Positions 46,005 through 54,620 of a stretch of DNA of 61,700 nt are shown in pieces (position 1 is the stretch's first letter; each line of letters opens with the position of its first letter). The DNA is taken from IMG/VR virus record IMGVR_UViG_3300044681_000784, positions 1 to 61,700 of that record; one strand, given 5' to 3'. Made by a program: the position numbers and the translations under genes. This DNA comes from a virus (lineage: Duplodnaviria > Caudoviricetes). The notes under the pieces are model-generated. The model was given only the letters and a program-made list of their open reading frames with translations. It was not told where the DNA came from and did not search any database.

Positions 46005-46234
46005 CATTTAATTCAATTTAGTATGAGCGATTTTATCAGAAGGAAGATCTTAATCTTTAAATATCTTTAACAAATAAAGTGGAACTGCGCTTGCATATGT
46101 CCATTATTATTATAATCTTTGTGTATCAATATAATAAACAATGAAGTTTTTTATTTGGTAGTTACAAACAGATTGCATATCTTTGTTGGCGAAGCGAATG
46201 CGCCCTATGTCATTCGCACACAGACACTAATCAA

Positions 46235-46537
46235 ATGAAATCAAAAGTGTTCAAACAAATCTCATCCAAGGTCATGGAAGCATTTGACTTGGATGTAGAG
46301 ACAATGTCCTCGGACAGAAGAAGGAGCAGCGTTGAGGCTCGTCAAATGCTTTACTACATCGCAAGGCGGAGGAACATCAGGCTCGTCGACATTCAAGACC
46401 TGATGAACGATGTGTTCGGGGTGAGGCCATCCCACACCTCAGTCATCCATGGCATCAAGACCACAGAGAAGAAGGTCAGGGAGGACAATGACTTCCACGT
46501 TGTAGCAAGTAGAATCAATCAATCAGTAACCATTTAA
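46235..46537 (+). CDS. DnaA domain-IV-like HTH protein
   Basis: R.R..V.ARQM.YY......I......HTSVIHG.K; TATCTTTG promoter at 46178-46185. Confidence 0.7.
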   Translation: MKSKVFKQISSKVMEAFDLDVETMSSDRRRSSVEARQMLYYIARRRNIRLVDIQDLMNDVFGVRPSHTSVIHGIKTTEKKVREDNDFHVVASRINQSVTI

Positions 46538-46547
46538 ATCCATTCAT

Positions 46548-47177
46548 ATGGCAAATCCAAAGTCGGTCTTCGAGACCTTAAACAGCGTTCCTTTCAGGGA
46601 CAAAATCGAGAACAAAGGTGGCTTAGACTACCTCTCATGGGCATGGGCATGGTCTATGCTAAAGGCAAACTACCCGAATGCCAATCGTATTGTGTACGAA
46701 GATCCGGCCACAGGCTTGAACTTCTTCACAGATGGCAAGACAGCCTACGTCAAGGTTGGTATTTCAATCGATGGCCTTGAGCATATCGACTACCTACCAA
46801 TCATGGACTTCCGCAACAACCCCATCCTAATTGACAAGCTAACAGCGACAGACGTGAACAAAACAATTCAGCGTTCTACAGCCAAGGCAATTGCCATGCA
46901 TGGATTGGGCATCCAACTATGGAGTGGCGAGGACATCCCCGGCGAAGCACCGGCTACATCTCCGGCCATGGGCACACCGAAGCAGTCTGCATCGGTTCAG
47001 CCAACACCACAAACTCAACAAGCTGAGTCGCTAAAGACCGGCACAGAGAATTGGGACAGAGTTGTAGCTTACGTTACTGCGAACAAAGAGATTGGCTTTG
47101 ACAAAATCATTGCCCAACTTAAGCGCAAGTACACCATCGCTCCATCGGTTGCCAACAAAATCAAGGAGTTGCTATGA
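46548..47177 (+). CDS. Single-strand annealing protein (Sak3/DUF1071, Rad52-like)
   Basis: YLSWAWAW, LPIMD.RN and NK..QR...KAIA.HGLG..L..GED.P motifs. Confidence 0.85.
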   Translation: MANPKSVFETLNSVPFRDKIENKGGLDYLSWAWAWSMLKANYPNANRIVYEDPATGLNFFTDGKTAYVKVGISIDGLEHIDYLPIMDFRNNPILIDKLTATDVNKTIQRSTAKAIAMHGLGIQLWSGEDIPGEAPATSPAMGTPKQSASVQPTPQTQQAESLKTGTENWDRVVAYVTANKEIGFDKIIAQLKRKYTIAPSVANKIKELL

Positions 47178-47920
47178 AGAACAAAAGTCAGATAGTCGAA
47201 AGGCTGAGAGATGACTCAGATTACTATGGGGAGTTTGGCAGGAAATTCCTGTCGAACTCCGACATAGGAGTCCTACTCTCAAACCCGAAGGACTTCCGTA
47301 ATGGGACTCGGCCCGACTCAAAGGCTCTGTTAGAAGGTAGGTACTTCCATCAGCTATTGCTTGAGCCTGAGAAGGCTTTTGATGTCATGGTGGTTGACGC
47401 ATCGTCAAGGAACACCAACATCTACAAGGAGTACATCGCATCAACAGGGTTAGACATAGTACTTCTTCAGAAGGAGAAGGAGCACATCGAGAGGCTCGTC
47501 TCAGTAATGAAGTCGAACATCTACTACTACGATGAGATCTACAAGCCATCGAACAAGTACGAAGTTCCACAGGTCAAGGAGATCATGGGAGTTCTTTGGA
47601 AGGGGAAGGCGGACATAGAGTCAGACAGCATACTTATTGATGCCAAGACCACGTCCGACATCCACAAGTTCAAGTACTCTGCGAAAGCCTACAACTATGA
47701 CTCTCAGGCTTGGCTTTACGAACAGCTATTCGGGAAGCCATTGGTGTTCTTTGTCATCGACAAGGAGACCGAACAGCTTGGAGTCTTCCGGCCTACGGAT
47801 GAGTTCCTTGAGTCAGGCAAAGACAAGGTCAGAAGAGCCGTTGAAGTTTACAACAGGTACTTCGGCCCGACAGCCTACGATAGTGTTGAAAACCACTACA
47901 TCGACTTAGAGTTAAATTAA
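47174..47920 (+). CDS. PD-(D/E)XK exonuclease (RecE/DUF3799-like)
   Basis: LS.S.I, G..FH..LLEP, KGKAD, ID.KTT and Y..QA..Y motifs; coupled to the SSAP gene. Confidence 0.8.
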   Translation: MKNKSQIVERLRDDSDYYGEFGRKFLSNSDIGVLLSNPKDFRNGTRPDSKALLEGRYFHQLLLEPEKAFDVMVVDASSRNTNIYKEYIASTGLDIVLLQKEKEHIERLVSVMKSNIYYYDEIYKPSNKYEVPQVKEIMGVLWKGKADIESDSILIDAKTTSDIHKFKYSAKAYNYDSQAWLYEQLFGKPLVFFVIDKETEQLGVFRPTDEFLESGKDKVRRAVEVYNRYFGPTAYDSVENHYIDLELN

Positions 47921-48006
47921 ATCAATCAAATCCCGAGTGCAAACTCCTCGGACACAAGGGAAGAGAAATCAATTATTAATCCGAGGAAAACAAATACCAT
48001 TTAGTT

Positions 48007-48300
48007 ATGAGCGAACAAGAAAAGATTTTCGCAGACGGCTTTTCATTTAAGCGTCAAGAGTCAGCACCCGACTTCGTTGTTGGAAGCCTATCCATGAAGG
48101 TCGACGAGGCCATTGAGTTCATGAAGACCAACTCTAAAAAGGGATGGCTGAACCTACAGATCAAGCAAGCTCGTAGTGGAAACTACTACATTGAACTTGA
48201 CACATGGGAGCCAAAGCCACAAGGCGGTCAGCGTCAGGCTCCGGCTCCGGCGGCTGTTCCCGATCAGGCTCAGGCTCAAGAAGACGAGCTGCCGTTCTAA
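48007..48300 (+). CDS. Putative single-stranded DNA-binding protein
   Basis: Small beta domain, flexible linker and acidic DELPF C-terminus; lies in the recombination module. Confidence 0.65.
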   Translation: MSEQEKIFADGFSFKRQESAPDFVVGSLSMKVDEAIEFMKTNSKKGWLNLQIKQARSGNYYIELDTWEPKPQGGQRQAPAPAAVPDQAQAQEDELPF

Positions 48301-48321
48301 GGCCAAGGCCAAACAGAATCA

Positions 48322-48353
48322 GGATGGGGGAGCACTTGTTCCCCCATTCTTTT
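48322..48353 (+). terminator. Intrinsic terminator after SSB
   Basis: GGATGGGGGAGC-ACTT-GTTCCCCCATTC-TTTT. Confidence 0.8.
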
Positions 48354-48356
48354 CTG

Positions 48357-48465
48357 ATGTCGGAAATGTCGAAATCAAACCAACACTACTCTCTCTCTAA
48401 TTTTATTGAACCCTATCTAAGTTTTTTTAAATATAGTTTGGTTTTAAAATTGACATTATCGACAT
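48357..48465. repeat. Origin-like element, copy 2, directly upstream of the primase-helicase gene
   Basis: Arms at 48357-48372 and 48450-48465, with the same internal CTACTCTCTCTCTA and TTTTAAAAT spacing as copy 1. Confidence 0.7.
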
Positions 48466-48510
48466 ATAATTAATAATCAATAACTTAAGTGTCATAAAAA
48501 AAGCATCAAG

Positions 48511-50913
48511 ATGACATCAAGCGTCACAATATTTCAGAACATCAAGGAGACATCTACCCCTTTCTTTCGTCCTGTAGAGTCTATACTCACAAGGATAAGG
48601 GATGGAGCGTCTAAGGACTTGGTAAAAAAGATCCGGAACGAAAAGCGTAAACCGGAAAGGCAAGAGATGAAGAAGCTTTTGCCGGCCATATGTTTCTCAG
48701 GAACATTCAACAAGCGCAATGACTCCTCCATCATAGACCACAGCGGAATCATCTGCTTGGACTTCGATGGATACGAGAAGCAGAAGGACTTGCTCTCCGA
48801 TAAGGAGAGTCTTTCAAAAGACAAGTACGTCTACTCGGTCTTCATATCTCCATCAGGCAACGGCCTGAAGGTGTTGGTAAAGATTCCGGCAGATCCTGAG
48901 AACCACATCAACTACTTCAACTCTCTTCAGCACCACTTCAACTCTCCGTACTTTGACAAGTCAACGAAGAACATCAGTCGGGTTTGCTACGAGTCATACG
49001 ATCCTTTGATCTACGTCAACGAGAACTCGTTCCTTTGGGACAAGATAGAGGAGGCAGAGTACAACGAGGTGATCAAGTACAGAGATGCCCCGACCATCCC
49101 AATCACAGATGAGAATAAGATTGTGGACATACTCGTGAAGTGGTGGACAAAGAAGTACCCGATGATCGAGGGACAGCGAAATCAAAATGCCTTTGTGTTG
49201 GCCATGGCATTCAATGACTTTGGTGTCAACAAAAGCTTGGCCGGATACGTCCTCAATCAATACGCAACCCAAGACTTCAGCGTATCAGAGATAGGCAGAA
49301 CCATTGACTCAGCGTATCAGAACTCAAGAAACTTCGGCACCAAGTACTACGAAGATGAGGACAGGGTAAACCAAATCAAAGCCAAGATCAGGAGAGGAGT
49401 ATCGAAGAAAGAAGTTCGGTCTCAGCTTTTGGAGTCTGACTTGGATGGAGACGTAATCGATGCCGTTCTAAACAGGATCGAGGATGAGAACACCAAGCTT
49501 ACCTTTTGGGCCAAGAACGATAAGGGAGCAATCAAGATCGTTCACATCCTGTTCAAGCAGTTCTTAGAGGACAATGGGTTCTACAAGTTCTGCCCCGAAG
49601 GAAGTAAGAACTACGTCTTTGTGAAGGTGACAAACAACCTAATCGACCATGCGTCCGAGAAAGAGATCAAGGACTTTGTCCTGAACCATCTCCTTGAGTT
49701 GGATGACGTGAACGTCTACAACTACTTCGCAGATCAAACCCGATTCTTTAAGGACGAGTTCCTGTCAATGCTTAACACCATCGACATCTACTTCATTGAA
49801 GACACAAAGGACACAGCGTACCTGTACTACCGGAACTGCGCGGTCAAGATCACAAAGGAAACGGTTCAGCCTATAGACTACTTGGACTTGGGCGGATACG
49901 TTTGGAAGGATCAGGTCATTGACAGGAACTTCATCCAATGCAAGACCACACCATCCTTTGCGTTCAAGAGATTCATCGAGAACATCTGCAACAAAGAGGT
50001 AGAAAGGATCGAGTCCATGCAGAGTACAATTGGATTCATGATGCATGGGTACAAGAACTACTCGTACTGCCCTGCCATCATCCTTAACGATGAGGTGATA
50101 TCCGACAACCCCGAAGGCGGAACAGGGAAGGGGATCGTGATGAACGCACTATCTCAGATGAAGAAGGTGGTTACCATAGATGGAAAGTCATTCACATTCG
50201 AGCGATCATTTGCTTATCAGTTGGTGTCTGCCGACACGCAGATCCTTGTGTTCGATGACGTGAAGAAGCACTTCGACTTCGAGAGGCTGTTCAGCGTTGT
50301 TACAGAGGGACTGACGCTCGAGAAGAAGAACAAGGACGCCATTAAGATTCCATTCAGCCGATCACCAAAGATTGCGATCACTACGAACTACGCTATCAAA
50401 GGAGCCGGCAACTCCTTCGCAAGAAGGAAGTGGGAACTTGAACTTCACCAATACTACACCAAGGAGTACACCCCTTTCGATGAGTTCGGGAAGCTGTTCT
50501 TCGGTGATTGGAACGATGACGATTGGTGTGAGTTCGACAACTACATGGTGTCTTGCCTGAAGAACTACCTGAGAACAGGTCTTGTTAAGAGCAAGTTTGT
50601 CAACCTCAAGGTTCGTCAGCTATCTGCTGAGACAAGCCATGACTTCATCGAGTGGTGCGGATTGGTTGATAACGCTGAGCCGGCCAAGCTATTGGAGACA
50701 GGGATCAGGGTTTACAAGCAAGAGATTTACTACGAGTTTATCTCCGAGTACCCCGACTATGGGCCGAAGAGTAGGATGACAATCTCAAGAACGAAGTTCT
50801 ACAAGTGGTTGGTATCTTATGGCCTATTCAAACATGGGATAGTTCCCGAGGAGGGAAGAGATCCGATGGGACGATGGATTATGTTTAGAACAAAAGATGA
50901 ATCAAATGACTGA
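48511..50913 (+). CDS. Primase-helicase (BT4734-like N-terminal primase domain, PriCT-like domain, SF3-type helicase)
   Basis: ICLDFD, F.SPSGNGLK, SR.CYES.D; EGQRN; Walker A GGTGKG, Walker B LVFDD, ITTN. Confidence 0.85.
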   Translation: MTSSVTIFQNIKETSTPFFRPVESILTRIRDGASKDLVKKIRNEKRKPERQEMKKLLPAICFSGTFNKRNDSSIIDHSGIICLDFDGYEKQKDLLSDKESLSKDKYVYSVFISPSGNGLKVLVKIPADPENHINYFNSLQHHFNSPYFDKSTKNISRVCYESYDPLIYVNENSFLWDKIEEAEYNEVIKYRDAPTIPITDENKIVDILVKWWTKKYPMIEGQRNQNAFVLAMAFNDFGVNKSLAGYVLNQYATQDFSVSEIGRTIDSAYQNSRNFGTKYYEDEDRVNQIKAKIRRGVSKKEVRSQLLESDLDGDVIDAVLNRIEDENTKLTFWAKNDKGAIKIVHILFKQFLEDNGFYKFCPEGSKNYVFVKVTNNLIDHASEKEIKDFVLNHLLELDDVNVYNYFADQTRFFKDEFLSMLNTIDIYFIEDTKDTAYLYYRNCAVKITKETVQPIDYLDLGGYVWKDQVIDRNFIQCKTTPSFAFKRFIENICNKEVERIESMQSTIGFMMHGYKNYSYCPAIILNDEVISDNPEGGTGKGIVMNALSQMKKVVTIDGKSFTFERSFAYQLVSADTQILVFDDVKKHFDFERLFSVVTEGLTLEKKNKDAIKIPFSRSPKIAITTNYAIKGAGNSFARRKWELELHQYYTKEYTPFDEFGKLFFGDWNDDDWCEFDNYMVSCLKNYLRTGLVKSKFVNLKVRQLSAETSHDFIEWCGLVDNAEPAKLLETGIRVYKQEIYYEFISEYPDYGPKSRMTISRTKFYKWLVSYGLFKHGIVPEEGRDPMGRWIMFRTKDESND

Positions 50914-52363
50914 GTTTATAGAGAGGAGGCCGGGATATGACAACTCAATGATGCTTGAGTTTTGCCGGCTGTTGCTTGGTGTCGCAACCAAAACCAAAAC
51001 AAGAAAGGTCAAGCAAGGCCGAGTGATGGTGGAGGTTGCGGTGCCTAAGCACGAAGTAAAAAAAGAAGTAATCGAAAAAATAAGTAGGAGCATCGACTAC
51101 TACGAAAGCAATCCTGACATGAAAGAGACAACAGATTTTCAGTACAGAGACTACCAACTTCAGATCATAGACAAGGGCAAGGACATCCTATTCTTGAATG
51201 GGTTCTTGTACTTGGCCATGGAGGTCAGGACAGGCAAGACTCTCACAAGCCTTGGCATATGCCGGAAGGTTGGGGCGAAGTCTGTCCTGTTCATTACAAA
51301 GAAGAAGGCCATCGTTAGCATTGAGCGAGACTACGCTACGCTGTCACCGGAATTCGAGATGGACATCATCAACTACGAGAGCCTCCACAAGTTGGATGGC
51401 AAGCCGTATGACGTGATCATCTGCGACGAGGCACACAGCATGGGCGCATTCCCTAAGCCAAGCAACAGAGCAAAGGATGTGAGAGACATGATTCAAAAGA
51501 TGAAGCCAATGGTTATTCTTTTGAGTGGGACTCCAACACCGGAGTCATTCTCTCAGATGTACCATCAGGTGTATGGGATACCGGGGAATCCATTTGCTAA
51601 TGTCAAGTCTTTCTACAGGTTCGCTGACAAGTACATTGACGTGAAGACCAAGATGATAAACTCTGTTGTCATTAAGGACTACAGCCGAGGAAGAGATGAG
51701 ATCATCAAGGCCATGGAGCCGTACACCATAAACTACAGTCAGAAGCAAGCCGGCTTTCTTGTAGACACAAGGGAGCACGTCCTGAGAGTGAAGATGAAGG
51801 ACTCGACTTACGCAATGATTGAGAAGCTGAAGAAAGACTTGGTGATACAAGGCAAGGAGGAAACCATCTTGGGTGACACACCGGTAAAACTAATGCAGAA
51901 GGTACATCAGATGTGCTCCGGCACCGTAAAGTTTGAGAGTGGGAAGGCCATGGCTTTTGATCTCAGCAAGGCGGAGTTCATTCGGGAAAAGTTTGCCGGC
52001 AAAAAGATCGGGATTTTTTACAAGTTCAAGCAAGAGCTGAGCGCACTAATGGAAGTGTTTGGTGACGAGCTGACAACCGAGCTGTCTGTTTTTGAGGAGA
52101 CAGGCAAGTCGATAGCACTTCAGATTGTGAGTGGTAGGGAGGGCATCTCTCTAAAGCAGGCTGATGCACTTGTGTACTACAACATTGACTTCAGTGCTAC
52201 GAGCTATTGGCAGAGCCGAGATCGGATGACAACCAAGGAGAGATTGGAGAGCGACATTTATTGGATCTTTTCTGAGGATGGAATTGAAGACCTGATCTAC
52301 AAGGCCGTAACGAAGAAAAAAGACTACACAGTTTCTCATTTTAAGAAAGAGTTTTTAACTTAG
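50897..52363 (+). CDS. SNF2-like superfamily-2 helicase
   Basis: EVRTGKT, INYESL, DEAH, LSGTP, GREGISL and Q...R motifs. Confidence 0.85.
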   Translation: MNQMTEFIERRPGYDNSMMLEFCRLLLGVATKTKTRKVKQGRVMVEVAVPKHEVKKEVIEKISRSIDYYESNPDMKETTDFQYRDYQLQIIDKGKDILFLNGFLYLAMEVRTGKTLTSLGICRKVGAKSVLFITKKKAIVSIERDYATLSPEFEMDIINYESLHKLDGKPYDVIICDEAHSMGAFPKPSNRAKDVRDMIQKMKPMVILLSGTPTPESFSQMYHQVYGIPGNPFANVKSFYRFADKYIDVKTKMINSVVIKDYSRGRDEIIKAMEPYTINYSQKQAGFLVDTREHVLRVKMKDSTYAMIEKLKKDLVIQGKEETILGDTPVKLMQKVHQMCSGTVKFESGKAMAFDLSKAEFIREKFAGKKIGIFYKFKQELSALMEVFGDELTTELSVFEETGKSIALQIVSGREGISLKQADALVYYNIDFSATSYWQSRDRMTTKERLESDIYWIFSEDGIEDLIYKAVTKKKDYTVSHFKKEFLT

Positions 52364-52374
52364 CAAAAAGAATT

Positions 52375-52596
52375 ATGAACAACAACAAACAACAAACAGC
52401 ACTAGAATGGTTGGAGGATACACTATACCCTTATTTGAATAAAGAAGATAAGGAATATACAGATGTTCTATTTAACAAAGCCAAAGAAATGGAGAAGGAA
52501 CAGATAATGAAAGCCGTTTACGATAGCATGGGGACAAATTTAGATCCCAATATTGGAAGGGCGGAGATATACTACAACGAAACCTTTAACAAATAA
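52375..52596 (+). CDS. Small AT-rich hypothetical protein (QTALEWL...AKEMEKEQI family)
   Basis: ORF in an AT-rich insert. Confidence 0.7.
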   Translation: MNNNKQQTALEWLEDTLYPYLNKEDKEYTDVLFNKAKEMEKEQIMKAVYDSMGTNLDPNIGRAEIYYNETFNK

Positions 52597-52599
52597 CTT

Positions 52600-52848
52600 A
52601 TGAACGGAATACCTAAACAAGAAACACTTGAAGAAGCATCTTTGAAATATAATCCATTAAAAAAATTTGATGGAGAATTTATAAGAGCAGCATTTATCAA
52701 TGGTGCTAAATGGCAAGCAGAAAGAATGTATAGTGAGGAAGAAGTTAAAGAAATATTAATGAAAACAGATAGATTTCTGAGAGCAGATTTAGATTTATGG
52801 TTTGAACAATTTAAAAAAAAAATCATCATTCGCCAAGAGAAACAATAA
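52600..52848 (+). CDS. Small AT-rich hypothetical protein (QETLEEA...GAKWQAERMYSEEEV family)
   Basis: ORF in an AT-rich insert. Confidence 0.7.
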   Translation: MNGIPKQETLEEASLKYNPLKKFDGEFIRAAFINGAKWQAERMYSEEEVKEILMKTDRFLRADLDLWFEQFKKKIIIRQEKQ

Positions 52849-52873
52849 TCGCAGAACCTTTAACAAATAAACC

Positions 52874-53287
52874 ATGAGCAACAAACAAAAAACATCAATA
52901 GATTGGTTGGTTGAAAGTGTAAACACAGACTGCACAAACTCAACCTACATACAGCCTAACATAATTAAAGAGGCCAAGGGAATGCACGACAAAGAGATGA
53001 GACTCAACGATCTCATTGAAAAAGTGAAAGCTTGGGGAGAAGACAAAGGGATCTGCGATCCACACAAACAGCTAATCAAGATGTTCGAAGAGTCAGGAGA
53101 ACTCGCATCAGCCATACTGAAGAACCAAACAGAAGAAGAGATCGACGCAGTAGGAGACGTACTTGTTTGCCTGATCATATACTGCAACATCCGGAACCTG
53201 TCATTAGAAGAATGCTTAAACTCAGCTTGGAATGAAATCAAAAATAGAACCGGCAAAATTAAAAGCGGTGTCTTCGTCAAAGACTGA
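52874..53287 (+). CDS. MazG-like NTP pyrophosphohydrolase with a fused N-terminal segment
   Basis: Q..K..EE.GELA...DAVGD..V.L...A..EIK.R.G; the N-terminus resembles 52375..52596. Confidence 0.8.
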   Translation: MSNKQKTSIDWLVESVNTDCTNSTYIQPNIIKEAKGMHDKEMRLNDLIEKVKAWGEDKGICDPHKQLIKMFEESGELASAILKNQTEEEIDAVGDVLVCLIIYCNIRNLSLEECLNSAWNEIKNRTGKIKSGVFVKD

Positions 53288-53522
53288 GCAGCAGATACAG
53301 TCCAAAAAGATAAAGCAACTCGAGGATCAGGGATACTACGTCATCAAACTAATGAAGACGAACAAGAATGGGATCCCTGACCTCATAGCTTTACCACCAA
53401 ACACAGACTCCTTTTTCGTTGAAGTGAAAAGGCCCGGCGGAAAGCCGAGACCACTGCAACAATACAGGATAGACGAACTTAAATCAAAAGGAATACGAAC
53501 CGAAATATACACAGGAGAATGA
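53232..53522 (+). CDS. VRR-NUC domain nuclease
   Basis: E..IQ, G.PDL, FVEVK.PGGK...LQ motifs; start uncertain. Confidence 0.8.
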   Translation: MKSKIEPAKLKAVSSSKTEQQIQSKKIKQLEDQGYYVIKLMKTNKNGIPDLIALPPNTDSFFVEVKRPGGKPRPLQQYRIDELKSKGIRTEIYTGE

Positions 53523-54022
53523 GCGCAAATATTTTTTTATACGATAAGCCACTAAAGAAGATAGTCGAGAACATTTTCAACATAGACTGCATATCCAAGA
53601 GGAGCAGGAAGCAGAACTACATATCTGCTCGTCAGGTGTACTGCGTTATACTCAGAGAGTTTGGCTACACATATGACCACATCGGGAAGACGATAGGGAT
53701 CAGCCACTCAAACGTGATGCACCACATCCGGTCATCCGAGTTTGACCTGAAGACAAAGCATATGTACGAGAAGTACATGGCCTGCAAGAAGATAATTAAT
53801 GACGATACAAAGCATCACCTTTACAGCAAGGACATTGAGTCAATCATAGACCACGTTACTGATCTTGAAGTTCAAAACGAAAGCCTTAGATTTAAGGTGG
53901 CCGAAATGGAGATGAGAGACAAGAGGTTTGAAGAAATATTCTCAGCCATCAGAAGCAGGCTGAAGCCGGGTAGGGAAGAAGAAATGCTTTCAAAAGTAAA
54001 CAGAATACTCAATGGTCTATGA
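53519..54022 (+). CDS. DnaA domain-IV-like HTH protein with coiled-coil tail
   Basis: SRK...I.ARQ.Y......YT...IG..IG..HS.V.H. Confidence 0.7.
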   Translation: MSANIFLYDKPLKKIVENIFNIDCISKRSRKQNYISARQVYCVILREFGYTYDHIGKTIGISHSNVMHHIRSSEFDLKTKHMYEKYMACKKIINDDTKHHLYSKDIESIIDHVTDLEVQNESLRFKVAEMEMRDKRFEEIFSAIRSRLKPGREEEMLSKVNRILNGL

Positions 54023-54219
54023 AAGGAAAGATTTCACCAAAAGAAGCTGAACGCGTACACAAAGTTACGAGGTTCACAAATGTTCTTCATGACTACCTAA
54101 ACGATCTCTATGAGGATATGGTAGACAAGGATTGGAAGAAGGCAAAGGCAGAAGCCCAAGCAATTATTGATGACCTAACACTAATCGTAGAAAAAGGAAA
54201 GGATGCGTTTCGAGAATGA
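54019..54219 (+). CDS. Hypothetical protein (66 aa)
   Basis: ATGA-coupled ORF. Confidence 0.65.
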   Translation: MKGKISPKEAERVHKVTRFTNVLHDYLNDLYEDMVDKDWKKAKAEAQAIIDDLTLIVEKGKDAFRE

Positions 54220-54616
54220 GCAAGACTTAGAAAGAGAGCGAAAGGCAATTGAAACTTACGTCGGTGTATTCGGCGGATCGTTTCAGAAGCTTGGCCCCAA
54301 TGACATTGACTACAAGGTATTCGATGCCAAGGGGAAGCTCGTTGCTTACGCAGAGATAAAGGGAAGGAAAAGGTACATACGAGATGCCTACCCACTACCA
54401 ATATCTCTGAACAAACTATCAAAGCTTCAGATGAAGATCCTAAACCCAATGTGCATATGGGCCTGCGACGATGGTATAATATTCGGACGCCCGGCAGACT
54501 TGACAGGGATCACAAAGTGGGGAGGCCGGAACCCGAGAGACTCGGCGGCCAATGACATGGAGCTGATGGTTTACTACGAAAAGCAGAAAGGACTTAAGTA
54601 CGTCAGGTACAAGTAA
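54203..54616 (+). CDS. PD-(D/E)XK nuclease-fold protein
   Basis: D...E...IDY.......AEIK.R motif. Confidence 0.65.
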   Translation: MRFENEQDLERERKAIETYVGVFGGSFQKLGPNDIDYKVFDAKGKLVAYAEIKGRKRYIRDAYPLPISLNKLSKLQMKILNPMCIWACDDGIIFGRPADLTGITKWGGRNPRDSAANDMELMVYYEKQKGLKYVRYK

Positions 54617-54620
54617 GAGC

